A stretch of 64,000 bases of DNA from Mycobacterium sp. (lineage in GTDB: Bacteria > Actinomycetota > Actinomycetes > Mycobacteriales > Mycobacteriaceae), in contig JAOPUT010000283.1 of NCBI GenBank assembly GCA_025963385.1, positions 5,865 through 69,864 on the forward strand, in the 5' to 3' direction. The translations under genes were made by a program, and so were the position numbers. How positions within the stretch are numbered: position 1 is the stretch's first letter; every line of letters starts with the position of its first letter. Positions 55,663 to 64,000 of the stretch are shown here, in pieces. The notes under the pieces were generated by a model that ran no database searches, was not told the DNA's origin, and worked only from the letters and a program-made list of their open reading frames with translations.

Positions 55663-56853
55663 ATGGGTCAACTTTCGCACCGGGTCGACGTCCCGTTTCC
55701 GCTGTTCGATGCGGACAACCATCTGTACGAGCCGCCCGAGGCGCTGACCAAGTTCCTGCCGAAGGAATACAAGGACGTCGTGCAGTACGTCGAGGTCAAC
55801 GGGCGCACCAAGATTGCGCTGAAGGGCCAGATCAGCAACTACATCCCGAACCCCACCTTCTCGGTGGTCGCCAGGCCCGGAGCCTGGGAGGAGTACTTCA
55901 AGTTCGGCAACCCCGACGGCAAGAGCAAGCGCGAGCTCTTCGGTGAGCCGATGAGGGCCATCCCGGCCTTCTTCGAGCCGGCGCCGCGCCTCGAGAAGAT
56001 GAACGAACTGGGTCTGGACCGCTCGCTGATGTTCCCGACGCTGGCCAGCCTGATCGAGGAGCGGCTGGCCGACGACCCGGTGGCCATCCACGTCATCGTG
56101 CACGCACTCAACGAGTGGCTGGACGAGGTGTGGGGCTTCAACTACCAGAACCGCATCTACACCACCCCGGTGATCACGCTGCCCATCGTCGAGAAGGCCA
56201 TCGAGGAGTTGGAGTGGGCGGTCAAGCGCGGTGCCCGCGCCATCCTGATCCGCCCGGCCCCGGTGCCCGGGTTCCGCGGCCCGCGGTCGTTCGCGCTGCC
56301 CGAGTTCGACCCGTTCTGGCAGAAGTGCGTGGAGTACGACGTCTTCGTCGGCATGCACTCGAGCGACAGCGGTTACTCCCGCTACACGTCGGAGTGGGAC
56401 GGCGGCGCGCAGGAGATGCTGCCGTTCCAGACCAACGCCATGTCGATCCTCAACGAGTGGCGGCCCATCCAGGATGCGGTGGCCTCCTGGGTGATTCACG
56501 GCGCACTGTTCCGGTTCCCGACGCTGAAGGTGGGCATCGTCGAGGCGGGATCGAAGTGGATGTTCCCGCTGCTCGACTCCATGGCCGAGGTCTGGAAGAA
56601 GGCGCCGGAGGCCTTCCTCGGCAACCCGATGGAGGAGATCAAGAACCGCATCTACGTCAGCCCGTTCTACGAGGAGGGCATCGACGACCTGATCAACCTG
56701 ATCGGTGTGGAGCAGGTGCTCTACGGTTCCGACTGGCCGCACCCTGAAGGGCTGGCCGAGCCAACGCACTACGTAACCGCGCTCGAGCACCTTGCCGTCG
56801 AGGATCAGGCAAAGATCATGGGCGGCAACCTTTCTCGACTGATCACCGCTTGA
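55663..56853 (+). CDS. Amidohydrolase_2-fold protein
   Basis: DADNH, MH, IVEAG and GSDWPHPE motifs. Confidence 0.87.
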   Translation: MGQLSHRVDVPFPLFDADNHLYEPPEALTKFLPKEYKDVVQYVEVNGRTKIALKGQISNYIPNPTFSVVARPGAWEEYFKFGNPDGKSKRELFGEPMRAIPAFFEPAPRLEKMNELGLDRSLMFPTLASLIEERLADDPVAIHVIVHALNEWLDEVWGFNYQNRIYTTPVITLPIVEKAIEELEWAVKRGARAILIRPAPVPGFRGPRSFALPEFDPFWQKCVEYDVFVGMHSSDSGYSRYTSEWDGGAQEMLPFQTNAMSILNEWRPIQDAVASWVIHGALFRFPTLKVGIVEAGSKWMFPLLDSMAEVWKKAPEAFLGNPMEEIKNRIYVSPFYEEGIDDLINLIGVEQVLYGSDWPHPEGLAEPTHYVTALEHLAVEDQAKIMGGNLSRLITA

Positions 56854-58310
56854 CCGAGCCCCAACCGTGGCGGACCATTCCCGAGATGGTCCTGAGTGCA
56901 GCGGACCGGTTCGGCGACGCCGAGGCGATCGTCGACGGTCCGCTGCGGCTCACCTACACCGACGTCGCCGAACGCATTCGGACGGCGGCGGGTGCGTTCG
57001 CCGGCTTCGGCATCGGCAAGGGAGACCGCGTCGCGGTGTGGGCCCCCAACTCGGCCGAATGGATCATCGCGGCGTTCGGGATCATGACCGCGGGCGCCGT
57101 GCTGGTGCCGGTCAACACCCGGTTCAAGGCCGAGGAGGCCGCCGACGTCGTATCGCGCAGCGGCGCCAAGGCGGTCATGGTCCAGACGGGCTTCCTCGGA
57201 CAGGACTTCGGCACCTCACTCGACGTGCCGACGATCGACCTGAGGTCGGACTTCCTCACCGCCGCAACACGATTCGAGCGTGACCCGGGCGAGTGGCTCG
57301 ACGGTGGCGACGTCTCCGACGTCATCTACACCTCGGGCACCACGGGCAGGCCCAAGGGCGCCATGATGAATCACCGTCAGACGCTGCGGATGTACGAGGA
57401 GTGGGCCACGCTCGCGGATCTGCGCGAGGGCGACCGCTACCTGATGATCAACCCGTACTTCCACACCTTCGGCCTGAAGGCCGGTCTGGTGGCCTCCTTC
57501 CTGCGCGGAGCGACGATGCTGCCGGTCGCCGTCTTCGACGTCGATCGCGTCGTGGAACTGATCGAGCGGGAACGCATCACGATGCCCCCGGGGCCGCCGA
57601 CGATCTATCACTCGCTGCTGACCGTTGCCGACAAGAGCAGGCTGTCGACGCTGCGTGCAGGCGTGACGGGAGCGGCGGACATCCCGGTGGAGCTCGTCCG
57701 CCGGATCCACGACGAGCTCCCGTTCGAGACGTTGATGACCGGTTACGGGCTGACCGAGTCGGGCAACGTGACGCTGTCGCGTCCCGGTGACTCGTTCACC
57801 GACGTCGCCACCACCGCGGGTCTGCCCTGCGCCGACGTCGAGGTGCGCGTCGCCGATGACGGCGAGGTGCTGGTGCGCGGCTACAGCGTGATGCAGGGCT
57901 ATCTCGACGACCCGGTGGCAACCGCTGAGGCGATCGACACCGACGGATGGCTGCACACCGGCGATCTCGGCGCGTTCACGGACTCCGGCCGACTGCGCAT
58001 CGTGGGCCGCAAGAAGGACATGTTCATCGTCGGCGGGTTCAATGCCTATCCCGCGGAGATCGAGGGTTTCCTGGCGGAACACCCGTTGATCGCCCAGGCC
58101 GCGGTGATCGGTGTGCCCGACGAACGGATGGGGCAGGTGGGAAAGGCGTTCGTGGTGCTTCGCTCTTCGGCCACCGGCCTCGACGAGAACGACCTGATCG
58201 CGTGGTGCCGTCAGCGAATGGCGGGCTTCAAGGTCCCGCGGTATGTACAGTTCCTCGACGAGCTGCCCACCAACGCCACCGGCAAGGTCGTCAAGGATCG
58301 ACTGCGCTGA
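56850..58310 (+). CDS. Acyl-CoA ligase (FadD3-like)
   Basis: YTSGTTGRPKG, NPYFHTFG, GYGLTE and GGFNAYPAEIE motifs. Confidence 0.9.
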   Translation: MTEPQPWRTIPEMVLSAADRFGDAEAIVDGPLRLTYTDVAERIRTAAGAFAGFGIGKGDRVAVWAPNSAEWIIAAFGIMTAGAVLVPVNTRFKAEEAADVVSRSGAKAVMVQTGFLGQDFGTSLDVPTIDLRSDFLTAATRFERDPGEWLDGGDVSDVIYTSGTTGRPKGAMMNHRQTLRMYEEWATLADLREGDRYLMINPYFHTFGLKAGLVASFLRGATMLPVAVFDVDRVVELIERERITMPPGPPTIYHSLLTVADKSRLSTLRAGVTGAADIPVELVRRIHDELPFETLMTGYGLTESGNVTLSRPGDSFTDVATTAGLPCADVEVRVADDGEVLVRGYSVMQGYLDDPVATAEAIDTDGWLHTGDLGAFTDSGRLRIVGRKKDMFIVGGFNAYPAEIEGFLAEHPLIAQAAVIGVPDERMGQVGKAFVVLRSSATGLDENDLIAWCRQRMAGFKVPRYVQFLDELPTNATGKVVKDRLR

Positions 58311-58325
58311 GCGTCCGTACAGCTC

Positions 58326-58419
58326 GGAAACAGCATTTCCGCAGCTGGAAGGGCCAACTGAACGGAACTGCAGATGGGGTATCGTCAAGGCGATACTCAA
58401 AATTGAAAATGCCATTCTC
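58326..58419. promoter_or_regulatory. GAGAAT-N3-ATTCTC-type operators upstream of the Mam genes
   Basis: GGAAAC-AGC-ATTTCC (58326); GTCAAG-GCG-ATACTC (58384) with GAAAAT-GCC-ATTCTC (58405). Confidence 0.6.
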
Positions 58420-58454
58420 ATGATAGACGTTGCACGTACAGGACAGGGGGCCGC

Positions 58455-59315
58455 ATGCCGTCTCGCAAGCGAGCCTCGTCGATGCTCAACGGCGATGCTC
58501 ACGACGAGCCCAACGGCTCCGAAGCGGTAGCCGACTCCGACGACGCGCTGGCGCTCGCCGAGGAGGCCGAGGCCGAGGCTGCCGCCGCCGAGGCCGCAGC
58601 AGCCGCCGCGCGCGCCCGCGCCCGAGCGCTGAAGCTGCGCAGGCAGGCCGAAGCGGCCGCCGCGGCCGATGCCTCGCCCGCCCAGGCCGTGGACCTCCGC
58701 AAGACCGAGTTCGCTGAACCGGAGGTCGTCGAGACCGAACCCGAGACCGAACCCGAGACCGAGGACGCCCACGAGCCAGAGACTGCCGAGCCGTCGGCCG
58801 TCCCGCGTCGGGGGCGACCGAAGCTGCCGCCCATTCGACTCAAGTGGGTCGCGGCCGCGCTGGTGATCATCTTTACGGTCGGGTTCCTCGGCGCCAGCGC
58901 CTTCATGTTCTGGCACCACCGTCAGGCGACGGAGGAGCAGCAGCGCTCGGCGGAGTTCGCCGCCGCCGCCCGTCAGGGTGTCGTGACGTTGATGTCGCTC
59001 AACTTCAACAACGCCGCCGACGACGTGAAGCGCATCATCGACAACACCACCGGGGACTTCAAGAAGGACTTCCAGGGTCAGGCCGACGAATTCACCAAGG
59101 TGGCGCAGGAATCCAAGGTCATCACCGAGGCCACGGTAAACGCCACCGCCGTCCAGACCATGTCCAAGGACACGGCGACGGTGCTGGTGGCGGTCACCAC
59201 CCAGGTGTCCAACGTGGCCAGCAAGCAGCAGGAGCCGCGGTCCTGGCGCCTCAGGGTCAACCTGGCGCGTGATGGCGGGCAACTCAAGCTGGCGAAGGTC
59301 GAGTTCGTGCCGTGA
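58455..59315 (+). CDS. Mce-associated membrane protein (Mam/Omam family)
   Basis: Ala/Glu-rich N-terminus, single TM, AAARQGVVTLMSL..TGDFKKDF and C-terminal KVEFVP. Confidence 0.85.
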   Translation: MPSRKRASSMLNGDAHDEPNGSEAVADSDDALALAEEAEAEAAAAEAAAAAARARARALKLRRQAEAAAAADASPAQAVDLRKTEFAEPEVVETEPETEPETEDAHEPETAEPSAVPRRGRPKLPPIRLKWVAAALVIIFTVGFLGASAFMFWHHRQATEEQQRSAEFAAAARQGVVTLMSLNFNNAADDVKRIIDNTTGDFKKDFQGQADEFTKVAQESKVITEATVNATAVQTMSKDTATVLVAVTTQVSNVASKQQEPRSWRLRVNLARDGGQLKLAKVEFVP

Positions 59316-59974
59316 GCGACAAGGACAGCGAAGACGTGACCGACGCCGAAGTGGCAGAGGTGAGCGACGCCGACTCGACCGCCGAGGAGCTCGACGGCAC
59401 CTCGGAAGCCGACGCGTTGGATGACGCCGCGACCACCGCCGACGAGGAGCCCCCGACCCCACCCGACGCGGCACCGCGACGGACCCGCTTCAAGGTCGCC
59501 CTGGTGCCGCTCGCGCTGGTGGTCGCGCTGCTCGCCTCCGCAGGACTGGCCACCTGGCTGTACATCGCCCAGTTCCGGCCCGATCAGCAGTCCAACGCCG
59601 CCGTTGCCGCCCAGACCGTCAAGGCGGCCTCCGACGGCGCGGTAGCGCTGCTGTCCTACGCCCCCGAGTCGATGGACAAGGACTTCGCCACCGCCAAGAC
59701 GCATCTGACCGGTGACTTCCTGAACTACTACAGCCAGTTCACGAAGGACATCGTGACGCCCGCGGTCAAGCAGAAGTCGGTGAAGACCTCGGCGACGATC
59801 GTCCAGGCCGCGGCGTCCGAGGTGAAACCCGACTCCGCCGTCGTGCTGCTGTTCCTGAACCAGACGACCACCAGCAAGGAGAACCCGAACGGGTCCTTCA
59901 CGGCGAGCAGTGTGAAGGTGGGTCTCACCAGGGTCGACGGCGCCTGGCTGATCTCGGCCTTCGACCCGGTCTAG
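59312..59974 (+). CDS. Mce-associated membrane protein (Mam family)
   Basis: Single TM; ALLSYAP..LTGDFLNYY..VLLFLNQTT..WLISAFDPV. Confidence 0.85.
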   Translation: MSDKDSEDVTDAEVAEVSDADSTAEELDGTSEADALDDAATTADEEPPTPPDAAPRRTRFKVALVPLALVVALLASAGLATWLYIAQFRPDQQSNAAVAAQTVKAASDGAVALLSYAPESMDKDFATAKTHLTGDFLNYYSQFTKDIVTPAVKQKSVKTSATIVQAAASEVKPDSAVVLLFLNQTTTSKENPNGSFTASSVKVGLTRVDGAWLISAFDPV

Positions 59975-59997
59975 CCCACACCCGTACCGTCGTTGAC

Positions 59998-60999
59998 GTG
60001 ACAGGAGTCAAGCGCGCAGACCTGGTGTTGTCCGGAGGTGGCGTCAAGGGCGTCGGTCTGGTGGGTGCCGTCGTGGCGCTCCTGGACGCCGGTTATCAGC
60101 CGCAACGGATCTCTGGAACCTCTGCGGGGTCCATCGTCGGCGCCATCGTCGCCGCCGCGGCCCACACCGGGTCGATGACGGGCGCGCAGGTCAAAGAGCT
60201 TGCGTTGCAACTGGATTACCGAAAGTTCCTCGACCCGGGTCCGGTGGAGCGGGTGCCGCTGGTCGGACCGTCACTGGCGCTGCTGCGAGGGTCGGGAATC
60301 TACAAGGGCGACTACGCCCACGAGTGGATCCGACGGCAACTGGCCGGTCTCGGCGTGGTCACCTTCGGGGACCTCGCCCTCGACGACGAGGCATTGCCTC
60401 CCGAGCAGCGGTACCGGCTCGTCGTCACGGTCGCCGACGTCACCACGGGCCAGCTGCTGCGACTCCCGTGGGATTACCGCCGCGTGTTCGGTCTCGACCC
60501 CGACGAGCAGGTGGTCGCGGACGCCGTCCGCGCATCGATGTCCATCCCGTTCTTCTTCCGGCCGGTATCCCTGACGAGCACCGCGGGCCTCACCTCGACG
60601 TTGGTCGACGGCGGCCTTCTGTCGAACTTCCCCATCGACTCGCTCGACCGGCAGGACGGAAAGACGCCGCGCTGGCCGAGTTTCGGCATCACGCTGCTGC
60701 CCAACCTGCCACACGGCAACGACAAGGTGATCCCGGCGCTGTCGGCCCTGCGCCTGCTGGGAGCCCCGCACCTGCTGGAGGACGTCATCACCACCGTGCT
60801 CGTCGGCAGGGATCAGGCGTACCTCAACCAGCCCTGGGTCGACGCGCGCGCGATTCGCGTGGACGCGACCGACGTCGGCTTTCTCGACTTCGACATCACC
60901 GAGAACGAGGCGCAGGCGCAGTACCTCAAGGGTTACGGAGCGGCCGAACGGTTCCTCGCCGACTGGAACTGGGAGGCCTACCTCCGCCGATTCCGCTGA
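59998..60999 (+). CDS. Patatin-like phospholipase
   Basis: GGGVKG, GTSAG and DGG motifs. Confidence 0.9.
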   Translation: MTGVKRADLVLSGGGVKGVGLVGAVVALLDAGYQPQRISGTSAGSIVGAIVAAAAHTGSMTGAQVKELALQLDYRKFLDPGPVERVPLVGPSLALLRGSGIYKGDYAHEWIRRQLAGLGVVTFGDLALDDEALPPEQRYRLVVTVADVTTGQLLRLPWDYRRVFGLDPDEQVVADAVRASMSIPFFFRPVSLTSTAGLTSTLVDGGLLSNFPIDSLDRQDGKTPRWPSFGITLLPNLPHGNDKVIPALSALRLLGAPHLLEDVITTVLVGRDQAYLNQPWVDARAIRVDATDVGFLDFDITENEAQAQYLKGYGAAERFLADWNWEAYLRRFR

Positions 61000-61020
61000 G
61001 CGGGCACTACTGTCACGACG

Positions 61021-61707
61021 ATGGAATCGTGCGCGATCGTGCCGCTGACGCACTCGGACGATCTGTTCGCCGCCACCACACCGGTGGCAGGCGAGGCGCC
61101 GCTGGTGCGGGTCGTGCGGTCGGTGATGACGGTGGTGGCCGGGGACCGCGTCGTGGTGGCGACACTGCCCGTTCTGGTGGACTGTGTGCGGGACTGCCTC
61201 GAGGCGGCCGGTCTCGAGGTGGCGGTCGCCGTGTCCGGTGAGCCCGGTCTGCGGTACGAGGTGATTCGGGCGGCCCTGGAACACCTTGGCGCCGAACCTC
61301 ATACGTCGGCGGCGGTGCTCGTCTGCGACCACGGGTTCCCCCTGTCGCCGGGTGAGCTCGCCGAAAGAGTGCTCTCGGCCCTGCGGGACGGCAGGGAAGT
61401 GGTGGTGCCGACAGTGCCCGTGACCGACACCGTCAAGACCGTCGACGAGACGGGCTGGGTGCTCGGCACGGTGGACCGCTCAACACTTCAGACGGTGCAG
61501 TCTCCGCGCGGCTTCACCGCGTCCGCGCTGTGGCAGTTGGTGTCGACGTCGCCCGCCACCGGGCCGACCGACGTCGACGAGTTCGATGCGGCGCTGCGGG
61601 CGGGCCTCGACATCGGCACGGTGGCAGGCGATCCGAACGCCTTTCGCGTCGAGTTGCCGCGCGATGCGCACCTGTTCGAGGCAGTCATCGCGTGCCGTCC
61701 CGACTGA
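61021..61707 (+). CDS. Degenerate IspD/TarI-like cytidylyltransferase
   Basis: Keeps PVTDTVK and DRSTLQTVQSPRGF but lacks the N-terminal AAGxGxR loop. Confidence 0.65.
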   Translation: MESCAIVPLTHSDDLFAATTPVAGEAPLVRVVRSVMTVVAGDRVVVATLPVLVDCVRDCLEAAGLEVAVAVSGEPGLRYEVIRAALEHLGAEPHTSAAVLVCDHGFPLSPGELAERVLSALRDGREVVVPTVPVTDTVKTVDETGWVLGTVDRSTLQTVQSPRGFTASALWQLVSTSPATGPTDVDEFDAALRAGLDIGTVAGDPNAFRVELPRDAHLFEAVIACRPD

Positions 61708-62416
61708 TCCGTTGCTGAAGGAGTCGCTCCGCGATCTGGACGTCGTGCGCGAACGTCACCTTGAGATTGGTTGACGCACCGGGAAAGACGTGGACGTGGA
61801 CGTCGGTGAAGTTCTGCACGCACGATGCCGTGTCGGTGCCGTCGAAACTGCCACCCTCCGCCAAGCGATAGGCGGTCAGCAGTGGTCCGGCGCGAAACGC
61901 CTGCGGCGTCTGAACGCGCGCCATGAGGCCGTCGACCGCCGAGAGTCGGCCGTCCGCATCGGTTTTCACGATGTCGGTCACGGGGAGCACCGGGATGGCG
62001 CCACCGAACGTCCGCGCGGTCGTCAGCGCCGTGTCCATCATCGCGGGTCCGGCGAGCGGGCGCGCCGCGTCGTGAATGAGCACCACGTCCACCGCCCCGG
62101 ATTCGATGTCGGGCGCAAGGTGACGAAGGACATTCTCCTCAGAGGCGTGGCGGGTGTCGCCGCCTTCGACGAGTTCGACTGTCGCATGAGGAAGTTCGGC
62201 GGCCAGGGTGCGGGCAGCCAGCTCGCGCTCACCGCGGCGGAACACCAGTACGGTGCGGGCGACGTAGGCCGACCCGGTGACCGCCTCCACCGACCACGAC
62301 ACCATGCTGCGCCCGGCCAACGGCAGATACGCCTTGTTGCCGTCCGCCCCGACGCGGGTGCCCATTCCTGCGGCCAGGACCACCCCGACGGCGATGGGTT
62401 CCGAGGTCGCGTGCAT
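61685..62416 (-). CDS. IspD/TarI family cytidylyltransferase
   Basis: LAAGMGTRVG..K, HDAARP, QTPQAF and NLKVT motifs. Confidence 0.85.
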   Translation of the reverse strand: MHATSEPIAVGVVLAAGMGTRVGADGNKAYLPLAGRSMVSWSVEAVTGSAYVARTVLVFRRGERELAARTLAAELPHATVELVEGGDTRHASEENVLRHLAPDIESGAVDVVLIHDAARPLAGPAMMDTALTTARTFGGAIPVLPVTDIVKTDADGRLSAVDGLMARVQTPQAFRAGPLLTAYRLAEGGSFDGTDTASCVQNFTDVHVHVFPGASTNLKVTFAHDVQIAERLLQQRISRDGTR

Positions 62417-62454
62417 CCGCTCACGCTAGCCGCAACGGCGACGACGATCGCGGG

Positions 62455-62886
62455 CTACTCGGCGAGGTCGAAGGCCTTGACGACCTTCGTCGGCCTTACC
62501 CGCACGACCAGTTCGCCGGGTACACCGTTGCGGCGTCCGTACTCTTCGGCCTTCTCGGCGCCCATGTAGCGGGCGCCGGTGCGGGTCGCGACGGCGACCA
62601 ATTCCGCGGGATCCTCGCTGAGCTCGGCGACGCCCTGAACCTGGACGAACGAATACGGCGGATGGGGGTCGTCGACGCAGATCACCACCCGTGGGTCCCG
62701 CGCCAGCGCCCGGCCCTTGGCGGTGTCCTTGCCCGTGTTGAAGACCAGCTCGCCGTCGTCGACCACGAACCACACCGGCGTCACCAGCGGTCTGCCGTCT
62801 GCAGCCACCCAGCCGAGCATCGCGGTGCGGGTGCCCTCGGACAGGAAGGCGATCACGTCGTCGGAGAGTTCGTCCACGTCGTTCAC
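62455..62886 (-). CDS. PPOX-class F420-dependent oxidoreductase
   Basis: DGRPLVTPVWF..NT..TAKGRALARDPRV pattern; start GTG 62886. Confidence 0.85.
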   Translation of the reverse strand: MNDVDELSDDVIAFLSEGTRTAMLGWVAADGRPLVTPVWFVVDDGELVFNTGKDTAKGRALARDPRVVICVDDPHPPYSFVQVQGVAELSEDPAELVAVATRTGARYMGAEKAEEYGRRNGVPGELVVRVRPTKVVKAFDLAE

Positions 62887-63044
62887 GGTAGGCGCGCGAC
62901 CGCCTGCGGTCAGTCGTTCGCGTGACGGTCGTGGTCCCACTGCTCGAGCCGCAGTTGGAGATGGTGCAGCGCGTACCCGACCATGCCCGCGCACGTCGTC
63001 AGGCATAGAGCGACCAGCGCGGTCACCGGCCCTTGTCCGATCGT

Positions 63045-63077
63045 TCGCGGTTCACATGTATGTCGCGGTTCACATGT
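63045..63077 (+). repeat. Direct repeat TCGCGGTTCACATGT x2 (18-bp period)
   Basis: Copies at 63045-63059 and 63063-63077 upstream of mmpL. Confidence 0.65.
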
Positions 63078-63255
63078 CTATCGTGGGCCCGCACCGGGCC
63101 GAAGCACGCGTAGGCGGCTACCTGTGTCCTACCCGTGTCGTGAAATTGACAGAAACACTTTGACGGCCTACATATATTGAGCGCGCGCTTCCGATTGCCG
63201 AGTGGCAAGGTTCTGGCGATCGCGCGGAGCCGTCGAGAGGGGTTGGTGAACTCGC

Positions 63256-64000
63256 ATGAGTGACACGACCTCGGAACACTCCAAGATCGCCCAGTTCATC
63301 CGGCGGTTGGCCGTGCCCGTCATCCTCGGCTGGCTGGCGCTGACGGTCATCACGAACGTCGCCGTGCCGCCGCTGGAGACGGTCGGTGAAGAGCACACGG
63401 TGTCGATGAACGCCAAGGACGCGCCGTCGATGATGTCGATGCAGAAGATCGGCGCGACCTTCCACGAGTTCAGCTCCGACAGCAACGCGATGATCATCCT
63501 CGAGGGCGATCAGCCCCTCGGCGCGGACGCCCACCACTTCTACGACGAGCTGATCAAGAAGCTTGAGGCAGACACCACCCACGTCGAGCACATCCAGGAC
63601 TTCTGGGGCGACCCGCTGACGGCCGCGGGCGCTCAGAGCAACGACGGGAAGTCCGCGTACGTGCAGGTCTATCTGCACGGCAACATGGGTGAGACGCTGG
63701 CCAACGACTCCGTGAAGTCCGTGCAGGCCATCGTCGCCAACACCCCGCCGCCGCCGGGGGTGAAGGCCTACGTCACCGGCGGGGCTCCGCTGGTGTCCGA
63801 CCAGAGCGCGGCGGGCAACACCAGCATCCTGATCGTCACGATCATCACGCTGGTGGTGATCGCTCTCATGCTGGTCCTGGTCTACCGGTCGTTCGTCACG
63901 ATGATCATGGTCCTGCTGATGGTGTTCGCCGAACTCGGTGCGGCCCGCGGCATCGTCGCGTTCCTCGGTTATCACGAGATCATCGGGCTCTCCACGTTCG
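63256..64000 (+). CDS. mmpL: MmpL (RND) transporter, 5' part, runs off the window; not in the supplied ORF track
   Basis: MSDTTSEHSKIAQFIRRLAVPVILGWL..EHIQDFWGDPLTAAGAQSNDGKSAYVQ..GVKAYVTG, typical of MmpL4/5-like proteins. Confidence 0.88.
   Translation, partial: MSDTTSEHSKIAQFIRRLAVPVILGWLALTVITNVAVPPLETVGEEHTVSMNAKDAPSMMSMQKIGATFHEFSSDSNAMIILEGDQPLGADAHHFYDELIKKLEADTTHVEHIQDFWGDPLTAAGAQSNDGKSAYVQVYLHGNMGETLANDSVKSVQAIVANTPPPPGVKAYVTGGAPLVSDQSAAGNTSILIVTIITLVVIALMLVLVYRSFVTMIMVLLMVFAELGAARGIVAFLGYHEIIGLSTF

Noticed and set aside
59998-60999. Patatin as a CBASS-type defence effector
   Set aside because: No nucleotide cyclase or other defence genes are adjacent; the context is lipid metabolism.
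1-64000. rRNA, tRNA, prophage, integrase or transposase genes
   Set aside because: None recognised; the window is almost fully tiled by metabolic CDSs.

Overview
High-GC actinobacterial DNA, almost certainly mycobacterial (Mycolicibacterium-like), judged from the yrbE/mce operon, Mam proteins, MmpL, a REP13E12/DUF222-HNH gene and a mycofactocin-type SDR. Nearly the whole window is one catabolic island for a hydrophobic substrate that I cannot identify from sequence. It encodes beta-oxidation-type enzymes (5 acyl-CoA dehydrogenases, hydratases, thiolases, CoA transferases and ligases), 5 cytochromes P450, 4 small ferredoxins, a KshA-like Rieske oxygenase, 3 amidohydrolase-fold proteins, a complete yrbEAB-mceA-F importer with a displaced Mam pair, 4 small secreted Cys-containing proteins and 4 TetR regulators. 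Two signals stand out. (1) A minus-strand module of an intact and a degenerate amidohydrolase-fold protein, a Rieske ferredoxin, a stand-alone NuoF-like flavoprotein and a ferredoxin, which looks like a multicomponent TIM-barrel dimetal oxygenase rather than a hydrolase. (2) A palindrome, GAGAAT-N3-ATTCTC, that recurs in 9 intergenic regions over about 45 kb, mostly as tandem copies 21-22 bp apart. It defines a probable regulon that differs from the KstR motif. All product calls come from motif recognition only; no database search was run.
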